From Spirulina sp. (lineage in GTDB: Bacteria; Cyanobacteriota; Cyanobacteriia; Phormidesmidales; Phormidesmidaceae): DNA of 22,629 nucleotides. This document shows, in pieces, positions 16,280 through 22,629 of this stretch. The stretch spans positions 1 to 22,629 of the forward strand of contig JBIPSI010000051.1 in the NCBI GenBank assembly GCA_044070495.1, in the 5' to 3' direction. Position numbers and translations under genes: made by a program. How positions within the stretch are numbered: the first letter of the stretch is position 1; each line of letters begins with the position of its first letter. The notes under the pieces are model-generated. The model was not told the DNA's origin, made no database searches, and saw only the letters and a program-made list of their open reading frames with translations.

Positions 16280-16293
16280 GTAGTCAATTTTAC
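16280..16293. promoter_or_regulatory. NtcA-binding site (GTA-N8-TAC), probably repressive
   Basis: GTAGTCAATTTTAC, 11 bp upstream of the riboswitch 5' end, so it overlaps the expected core promoter. Confidence 0.75.
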
Positions 16294-16695
16294 GAAAATC
16301 TCTGGATGTCAACAACTCATAGGATTTAATCTGAAAAGTCGTTTCAGGGGCTGAAACGCTCTCAGAGAAAGGGCTTCACGGGTTAAGGCAAGCCTAAGGT
16401 AGTCTGTAAATCTTTACCACTCACCAACTTGGGATCCAATGTTGTCTCAGATTTTTCCGTCGTCGCCCCTCGATCCGTTACCGCTGCGGTTGCCCCATGG
16501 GGGCTATGTTTAGCCATGCCCCTTGCCCCTAGAGACTTCCTTCAGACAGATCTATGGGTCTTCCCTAAAAGCTTCAATACAGCATAGGTCAATGATCCCA
16601 GGCCATTGGAAAACCATAAAGGGAGGAAATTAGACTATGCTGAAGAGGGGATTTGTTACTCAAAATTTACGTTTCTTTGAGAAGCGTTACAGTCT

Positions 16696-17562
16696 ATGAA
16701 ATGCATTATTAATCGTCGGGCGGAGTTTTCGGCCAGCCATCGCTATTGGCTGCCAGAACTCTCGGAGACGGCCAACGCCGAACAGTTTGGCCCCTGCGCC
16801 AAGGCTCCTGGCCACGGTCACAACTACGTGCTCTATGTGGCCATGGAGGGCGACCTAGATGAGTATGGCATGGTACTCAACCTCTCGGATGTGAAGCACG
16901 TCATCAAGCGTGAGGTGACCAGCCAGCTTGATTTTTCCTATCTAAACGACGTGTGGCCTGAATTTCAGCACACCCTGCCCACCACCGAATTTCTCGCCAA
17001 GGTAATTTGGGATCGCCTCGCTCCCCACCTGCCGATTGTCAATATTCAACTGTTTGAACATCCCGAACTCTGGGCCGATTATCAAGGAAACGCCATGGAA
17101 GCCTACCTCACGATTAGCACCCACTTCAGCGCCGCCCATCGGTTGGCCTCCCCTAAACTCAGCTACGAAGAAAACTGCGAAATCTACGGCAAATGCGCCC
17201 GCCCCCACGGCCATGGCCACAACTATCATTTAGAAGTGACGGTGAAGGGCCAAATCGACCCCCGCACCGGCATGTTGGTAGACTTGGCCCAGTTGCAAGC
17301 CGTCATCGACGACACCGTGGTCGAACCCTTTGACCACACCTTCCTCAACAAAGACATTCCCTACTTTGCCGAAGTGGTGCCCACCGCCGAAAACATCGCC
17401 GTCCACATCCGCGATCTGCTGCAAGCGCCCATCGCCGACCTAGGGGCCAGCCTGCACAAGGTGAAGCTGATCGAAAGCCCCAACAACTCCGCTGAGGTGT
17501 ATTGCGCCGTGGATAGCGCCCCCGTCGCCCAGATCGCTGTGCCTGAACTCGCGGCGGTTTAA
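16696..17562 (+). CDS. 6-carboxytetrahydropterin / 6-pyruvoyltetrahydropterin synthase with two tandem PTPS domains
   Basis: Two copies of FSAxHR...C...HGHNY...G(M)(V/L)...(L/F)D...LN...PTxE...E. Confidence 0.92.
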   Translation: MKCIINRRAEFSASHRYWLPELSETANAEQFGPCAKAPGHGHNYVLYVAMEGDLDEYGMVLNLSDVKHVIKREVTSQLDFSYLNDVWPEFQHTLPTTEFLAKVIWDRLAPHLPIVNIQLFEHPELWADYQGNAMEAYLTISTHFSAAHRLASPKLSYEENCEIYGKCARPHGHGHNYHLEVTVKGQIDPRTGMLVDLAQLQAVIDDTVVEPFDHTFLNKDIPYFAEVVPTAENIAVHIRDLLQAPIADLGASLHKVKLIESPNNSAEVYCAVDSAPVAQIAVPELAAV

Positions 17563-17727
17563 AGACCGTTCCTCAATAACGGCTAGATACTGAGATCGGC
17601 AATCGCCCCCATGCCCAAGCCGCCATTGAGGTCATCGCCACCACCGTACCCATCACGACCGGGGGTAAACAAACCGGATTCGGTATGGATCGTCTGGGCT
17701 TGGGACGACACCCCAGGCTAAGACAGG

Positions 17728-18531
17728 TCAAGCCCGCTGACGCTGACGGCGTTCGCTGCGGTATCGCACATATTCGGCCAGCCCCGACAGCAGGGCCGAC
17801 CCGGTAATCAGAACCACGCTGAGGGCATTGATGTCGGGCTTTACCCCCGTACGCACCCGGCTAAAAATCTCCAGCGGTAGAGGATTCACACCGCCTCCCG
17901 CCGTAAAGCTAGAAATCAGCAGGTCGTCCATACTCAACACAAAGGCCAGCAGACAGCCCGCCAAAATGCCCGGTGCCAACTGCGGAATCAGCACCTTCGT
18001 CATCGCCTGAAAGGGGGTGGCCCCCAGATCCAGGGCGGCTTCCTCTAGGTTGGGGTCTAGGTTTTGCAAACGGCTAGACACCACCACCGCAATGTAGGCC
18101 AAACAAAACACAATGTGGGCCGCAATAATCGTCCACAGGCTGAGGGGCACCGCCACGGAGGTGAGGAACACAAGGGTCGCCACCGCAATGGCAATGTCAG
18201 GGATAATCAGCGGCAGATAAGATACCCCTCGGTAAATACCCTTGCCCCAAAAGCGATACTTCGCCAAGCCAATCGCCATGCAGGTTCCCAACACCGCCGA
18301 CACCGCCACCGCCACCAGGGCGATGGTGAGACTGTCCATCAGGGCCGCAAAAATTCGCCGATCCTGAAACAGCGCCCGATACCATTGCAAACTAAACCCC
18401 TCCCAGTTCGTGCTGTAGCGAGAGCCGTTGAAGCTATACACCGCCAGCACGATAATCGGGAAATACATAAAGCCGTACATCACAGCGGTGAAGAGGCTTT
18501 GCCAGGTCACTTTGGGAAACTGGGGGGACAT
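17728..18531 (-). CDS. potC: Spermidine/putrescine ABC transporter permease
   Basis: Hydrophobic protein with YSFN, LEEAALDLGA EAA loop, FVLSMDD and GVKPDINAL. Confidence 0.92.
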   Translation of the reverse strand: MSPQFPKVTWQSLFTAVMYGFMYFPIIVLAVYSFNGSRYSTNWEGFSLQWYRALFQDRRIFAALMDSLTIALVAVAVSAVLGTCMAIGLAKYRFWGKGIYRGVSYLPLIIPDIAIAVATLVFLTSVAVPLSLWTIIAAHIVFCLAYIAVVVSSRLQNLDPNLEEAALDLGATPFQAMTKVLIPQLAPGILAGCLLAFVLSMDDLLISSFTAGGGVNPLPLEIFSRVRTGVKPDINALSVVLITGSALLSGLAEYVRYRSERRQRQRA

Positions 18532-18534
18532 GGG

Positions 18535-18660
18535 GTTGGTTATTGGTTATTGGTTATTGAGGGAAAGTTCGAGGTTCTTGGTTGGAAGGTGGAAGGTTCT
18601 AGGTTCTAGGTTTAAAGTTCCACCTTCCACCTTTCCAACTTTCCACCCTCTGCCCTCTGC
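18535..18660. repeat. Mixed short tandem repeats with inverted halves
   Basis: (TTGGTTA)3, then GGTTGGAAGGTGGAAGG and (GGTTCTA)2, then complementary TTCCACCTTCCACCTTTCCAAC, between potB and potC. Confidence 0.8.
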
Positions 18661-18661
18661 C

Positions 18662-19585
18662 CTACTGAGAGGTTTCCGTCACCGTGCTGCGGTCGCCGTA
18701 TTTTAGCAGTAGGGCAATGGCGAGGCTGACGGCCAAAATCAGCACCATGCTGAGGGCGGAGCCAAAGCCCCAGGCGCGGGTGGGGCCAAGGAATTGGTTG
18801 TAAATCAGGCGGCTGATGTTCATGGAAGAGGCACCGCCTAGCAGGGTGGGCACGACGAAATCCCCTAGGGCGGCGATGAACACGAGCAGACAGCCCGCCG
18901 CAATACCGGGCAGGGTTTGGGGGACGGTAATTTTCCAAAACCGCTGTTGGGGGTTGGCCCCTAGGTCGGCGGCGGCTTCTAGCAGGCGAATATCCAGCTT
19001 TTCGAGGGAGGCGTAGAGAATCAGCACCATGTAGGGCAAAAAGCTGTAGGTGAGGCCAATCAACACCGCCATGGGGGTATTCAGCCAGTTTTGGCTAGGC
19101 AGGCCCACCACGCCAAAGATAGTATTCAACACACCGCTGGGGCGCAGGATGGTGATCCAGGCGTAGGCCCGCAGCAGCGAAGAGGTCCACAGGGGCAGAA
19201 TAAAGGCCACCACCAGCAGGTTGCGCCAGGGTTTGGGAGACATCAGCGCTAGCCAGTAGGCCACCGGAAAGCCCAGCCCCAGGCAAAGCAAGGTGGAACC
19301 GAGGGCAAAGCCCAAGGATCGCCCGATCACCCGCAGGTAAACGGGCTGCAAAATTTGTAGGTAGTTGCCTAGGCCATAGCCCCCCGCCGGTTGGCCCAAG
19401 CGCAGCCCCGGCACCAGGCTAATTTCGAGGATCAAGAAGGTGGGAATCACCAGCAGCAGGAGCAGCCACAGCCCCGACGGCCCCAGCATCACCAATGGCC
19501 CCAGCCAGCGACGGGGGGCTAGGGTTTGGGCTAGGCGCGATCCCCAATCAGGGGAGGAGGATGACGGGATAGGGGACTCGGCCAT
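18662..19585 (-). CDS. potB: Spermidine/putrescine ABC transporter permease
   Basis: LPLWTSSLLRAYAWITIL, LPYMVLILY and LLEAAADLGA. Start MAESP at 19585 avoids overlap with potD. Confidence 0.92.
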   Translation of the reverse strand: MAESPIPSSSSPDWGSRLAQTLAPRRWLGPLVMLGPSGLWLLLLLVIPTFLILEISLVPGLRLGQPAGGYGLGNYLQILQPVYLRVIGRSLGFALGSTLLCLGLGFPVAYWLALMSPKPWRNLLVVAFILPLWTSSLLRAYAWITILRPSGVLNTIFGVVGLPSQNWLNTPMAVLIGLTYSFLPYMVLILYASLEKLDIRLLEAAADLGANPQQRFWKITVPQTLPGIAAGCLLVFIAALGDFVVPTLLGGASSMNISRLIYNQFLGPTRAWGFGSALSMVLILAVSLAIALLLKYGDRSTVTETSQ

Positions 19586-19615
19586 GGTTGCGGTCGGGAT
19601 GGGGGACAGGGGATA

Positions 19616-19636
19616 GGCGGGCCGTGCCCACCCTAC
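19616..19636 (-). repeat. Solo GTAG-type REP
   Basis: Minus strand GTAGGGTGGGCACGGCCCGCC, the same family as the REP half of the cassette repeat, in the potD-potB gap. Confidence 0.75.
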
Positions 19637-19658
19637 GGGGGCTGCTGTAGGAGGCGAC

Positions 19659-20786
19659 CTAGGCGCTGGTAATTTCCGTCCAGAAGCGATCAAAGAGATC
19701 GTTGCTGGCGGTGTCAATGCTTTGAATGCCCTCACTTTGGGCTAGCACCGACTCCGGTGGGTAGAGGTGAGGGTTATTTCGGATGTTGTCGGGCAGTAGA
19801 TCAAAGGCGGCCTGGTTGGCGGTGGCAAACAGCAAGCGCTCCACGGCGGCTTTGGCCACTTCTGGTTCTAAAACAAAGTTAATCCACTGGTAGGCGGCAT
19901 TCACATTGGGGGCCGAACTGGGAATGGCCAGGGTATCCGTCCACAGGGAGGTGCCGCTGGCGGGAATCACGTAGTCTAGCCGTTCATCCTCTAGGGTGAG
20001 GGCAATGGCATCGCTGGAGTAGGCCATGGCCACCGAGAGATCCCCCGCCAGAATTTCGTTCTCAAAGCCCGTGGTTTTAAAGGCGGCAATGTAGGGCTGA
20101 AGCTCCCGCAGTTTGCCATAGGCCGCCTCAATTTGGGCGGGGTCGGTGGCGTTGTAGGAATAGCCCAACGTCTTGAGGGCCACGCCTAGGGTTTCGCGCA
20201 TGTCGTCGAGCATGGTGATGCGGCGGGATAGAGCCTCCTTGTTGTCCCACAGAAAGGCCCAGTCTGTCGGGCTGCTGGGGGTGACATCGCGGTTGTAGAG
20301 CAGGCCCGTGGTGCCCCAGTTGAAGGGAATGCTGTGGGCATTGCCGGGGTCGTAGGCCGGATTTTGCCACTGGGCCTTGAGGTTACCCAGCCCCACCAGC
20401 CGCCCTTGGTCGAGGGTGGCCAGCAATCCCGCCTCCACCATCTCCGAGACCACGTAGTCGGAGGGATAGAGAATGCTGTAGGCTCCGCCGCCCCCCGCCT
20501 GCATTTTGGTGAGCATACTCTCGTTGGAGTCGAAGATATCCACCACCACCCGAATGCCCGTGCGCTCGGTGAAAGCGGCCATCAGGGCATCATCCACATA
20601 GTTGGCCCAGGTGTAGATGTGAAGGGTATTGGGGTCGCCGCTGCCGCCGCCTGCCCCTGGCCCCGTGAAATTTTGTCGGCAATTGGATAGGGAGACTCCC
20701 GCCACCATGGCCGCCGACCCTTGCAGAAAGCGACGACGACTCCAGGACGGCAAAGTAGGGCGGTGGGGCGGGGGCTTACGAGACAC
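19659..20786 (-). CDS. potD: Polyamine ABC transporter substrate-binding lipoprotein with twin-arginine signal
   Basis: GTG start after AAGGAG. SRRRFL Tat motif and LSNC lipobox. IYTWANY, FDSNE, YPSDY, WGTTG and WTDTLAIP are PotD motifs. Confidence 0.92.
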   Translation of the reverse strand: MSRKPPPHRPTLPSWSRRRFLQGSAAMVAGVSLSNCRQNFTGPGAGGGSGDPNTLHIYTWANYVDDALMAAFTERTGIRVVVDIFDSNESMLTKMQAGGGGAYSILYPSDYVVSEMVEAGLLATLDQGRLVGLGNLKAQWQNPAYDPGNAHSIPFNWGTTGLLYNRDVTPSSPTDWAFLWDNKEALSRRITMLDDMRETLGVALKTLGYSYNATDPAQIEAAYGKLRELQPYIAAFKTTGFENEILAGDLSVAMAYSSDAIALTLEDERLDYVIPASGTSLWTDTLAIPSSAPNVNAAYQWINFVLEPEVAKAAVERLLFATANQAAFDLLPDNIRNNPHLYPPESVLAQSEGIQSIDTASNDLFDRFWTEITSA

Positions 20787-20875
20787 AGCATTCTCCTTGT
20801 CGTGATAGCGGGCAGAGGGATCGGGATGACGGGGCAAACGCTTACTACCCTGACCATACTCATCTAGACGCTGTT

Positions 20876-22042
20876 TTAGGCTAGGCTCTGGTTCAGGGAT
20901 GGTGATGGTGACGAATCCGGCGCAAGCAGGCGGGCATCGGAGGCCGCCCAATAGACGTAGACCGGAGTATCCATGGCTAGCATACCGTTACCGCGATTGG
21001 CTTGGAGCACCGTCAGGGTTTCCCCGGAAGCCAGCCGCACCCCACAGTGCACATGGGTACCGAGGTACATCACATGGCTGACCTGGCCGTGGTAGCAGTT
21101 GTCGGCGGTGGGATACTCCAGGCTGAGGCGGATTTTTTCTGGGCGCACGCTGATGACCACGGGCTGGGGGGCGGTGCTGGGGGCGATCTCTGGGGGACGC
21201 TGCACCTGTACCGTCAGCCCCGTGGGGGTCACCATCTGAACCGTGGCGCTATCTCCCCCCTCTAGGTGCCCGGTTAGCAGGTTGGTATCGCCAATGAAGT
21301 CCGCCACAAAGGGCGTGGTCGGACGGTCGTAGATGTCGCTGGGGGTGCCAATTTGGTCAATCTGGCCCGCATTCATCACCGCAATCCGATCCGAGAGGGA
21401 AAGGGCCTCCTCCTGATCGTGGGTCACCATAATAAAGGTGATGCCCAACTGGCGGTGCAGGGTGGCCAACTCCACCTGCATTTGCTTGCGTAGCTTCAGG
21501 TCTAGGGCACCGAGCGGTTCATCCAGCAGCATCACCGCCGGACGATTGACCAAGGCCCGCGCCAGGGCTACCCGCTGTTTTTGCCCCCCGGAAAGCTGAT
21601 TGGGCAGACGGTCGGCAAAGGATTCCATCCGTACCAGCCGCAGGGCCTCCAGGACGCGATCCCGCACCTGATGGGCTGGAAGCCGTTTAATTCTAAGCCC
21701 AAAGGCAATGTTGTCCCGCACGGTCATGTGGTCAAACAGGGCATAGCTTTGAAAGACGGTGTTCACCGGACGCCGATGGGCCGGAGTGCGCCCCATGTTG
21801 ACCCCCTGGATCAGCACCTCCCCCGCCGTGGGAGACTCGAACCCCGCAATTAAACGCAACGTGGTGGTTTTTCCACAGCCCGATGGCCCCAGCAAACTAA
21901 AGAACTCACCCTGGCGAATACGCAGATTCACTCCCCGCACCGCTGGCTCATCGTTAAAAAGCTTGACCACCCGTCGAAGTTCTACATCGACTTGCCCCTC
22001 AGTAGCGGTGGGTGGGGGCGTGGAGTAAACCGTCTGTGCCAT
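20876..22042 (-). CDS. potA: Spermidine/putrescine ABC transporter ATPase
   Basis: GPSGCGKTT, RRPVNTVFQSYALF, LSGGQKQR, LLDEPLGALDLKLRK and a C-terminal TOBE region. Confidence 0.95.
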   Translation of the reverse strand: MAQTVYSTPPPTATEGQVDVELRRVVKLFNDEPAVRGVNLRIRQGEFFSLLGPSGCGKTTTLRLIAGFESPTAGEVLIQGVNMGRTPAHRRPVNTVFQSYALFDHMTVRDNIAFGLRIKRLPAHQVRDRVLEALRLVRMESFADRLPNQLSGGQKQRVALARALVNRPAVMLLDEPLGALDLKLRKQMQVELATLHRQLGITFIMVTHDQEEALSLSDRIAVMNAGQIDQIGTPSDIYDRPTTPFVADFIGDTNLLTGHLEGGDSATVQMVTPTGLTVQVQRPPEIAPSTAPQPVVISVRPEKIRLSLEYPTADNCYHGQVSHVMYLGTHVHCGVRLASGETLTVLQANRGNGMLAMDTPVYVYWAASDARLLAPDSSPSPSLNQSLA

Positions 22043-22270
22043 GGCAAAGCATCCCCATTGTCCCCCCAACTTTAGCGATCAAATCGCAGATAAACAAGTC
22101 GGCTCCCTAAATTGGAGCCTCTGCCCCTTTCTCGGCTCTGTCCTAGGCCGCCACCGCCTTGTCCTTTTGTTAAACTGTATACATAGACACAGCTTTTTGG
22201 GCATCCTACATATAGGCACGAAGCCCTTAGAGATGCAGATCCCCATTTTCCCCATTAGGAGGTCACGATT

Positions 22271-22384
22271 ATGACAACCGATTTTATGACGGGGTTAGAA
22301 ATCATCGCCATCGTCACCCTCATGACCTTGGTGGTCTGTCCCATGCTGCTGTGGGTGTTGCCGGATCGTCGTGTTGTTTCCTAG
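22271..22384 (+). CDS. Putative 37-aa single-pass membrane protein (below the ORF-track cutoff)
   Basis: AGGAGG at 22257-22262, then ATG at 22271: MTTDFMTGLEIIAIVTLMTLVVCPMLLWVLPDRRVVS*. A hydrophobic stretch of about 20 aa is followed by RR. Confidence 0.6.
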   Translation: MTTDFMTGLEIIAIVTLMTLVVCPMLLWVLPDRRVVS

Positions 22385-22458
22385 GCAAGCCACAGCCAAG
22401 GGGCCATCGGTTAGGTTTCAGGAGAGTCATCCCCTCAAAGTCCTTCTCCCAGCTTGGG

Positions 22459-22617
22459 CTACTAAGTACACACATCTTGCTTTCATACCGCAAGTCCTTG
22501 GAGATCCCCCTAAATCCCCCTTAAAAAGGGGGACTTTGACTCCGGTTCCCCCCTTTTTAAGGGGGGCTAGGGGGGATCGATTCCCTGTATCGTCAAGGAC
22601 TTATGTGTACTTAGTAG
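22459..22617. mobile_element. MITE (159 bp) with 14-bp terminal inverted repeats and a target-site duplication
   Basis: CTACTAAGTACACA (22459-22472) and TGTGTACTTAGTAG (22604-22617), flanked by the direct repeat CCCAGCTTGGG (22448-22458 and 22618-22628). The TIR/TSD boundary is ambiguous by a few bp because the target is near-palindromic. Confidence 0.9.
22503..22578. repeat. Two-hairpin palindromic repeat (CCCCCTT/AAGGGGG type) inside the MITE
   Basis: GATCCCCCTAAATCCCCCTT-aaa-AAGGGGGACTTTGACTCCGGTTCCCCCCTT-ttt-AAGGGGGGCTAGGGGGGATC. Confidence 0.85.
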
Positions 22618-22629
22618 CCCAGCTTGGGA

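Noticed and set aside
16340..16358. Hairpin CGTTTCAG-ggg-CTGAAACG in the divergent intergenic region
   Set aside because: It is a short isolated inverted repeat with no U-tract or other support for a function.
22178..22191. NtcA-like GTA-N8-CAC between potA and the small ORF
   Set aside because: The site is imperfect and has no properly spaced TAN3T -10 box.
17828..22274. Antisense and alternative ORFs over the pot operon, and the N-terminal extensions given for potA, potD and potB
   Set aside because: They overlap confident genes. Downstream starts fit the operon spacing and family lengths better.

Overview
Cyanobacterial chromosomal window. The right three quarters hold housekeeping genes: a minus-strand bidirectional [NiFe]-hydrogenase operon (hoxE-hoxF-MDR oxidoreductase-hoxU-hoxY-cysteine-free CP12-hoxH), a peptidoglycan-binding M15 peptidase, a DUF4278 gene under an NtcA box plus a glutamine (glnA-type) riboswitch, a two-domain 6-carboxytetrahydropterin synthase and a potA-potD-potB-potC polyamine ABC transporter. 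Many short tandem repeats, palindromic repeats and a nested MITE lie between these genes. Downstream of hoxH (about 1553-6950) is a more AT-rich stretch of co-oriented defence-type genes: a GIY-YIG protein, an Eco29kI-like restriction-modification pair, a RelE-like orphan, an unknown ORF, a DUF2281/PIN pair and HicAB. These modules are separated by four copies (one IS-truncated) of a ~90-bp direct repeat made of a conserved 36-bp core and a GTAG-type REP hairpin. The arrangement looks like an integron-like cassette array that does not use attC sites, and it is the main candidate for an undescribed system. The array is cut on the left by a frameshifted IS4-family element that has no target duplication and abuts a truncated IS1.
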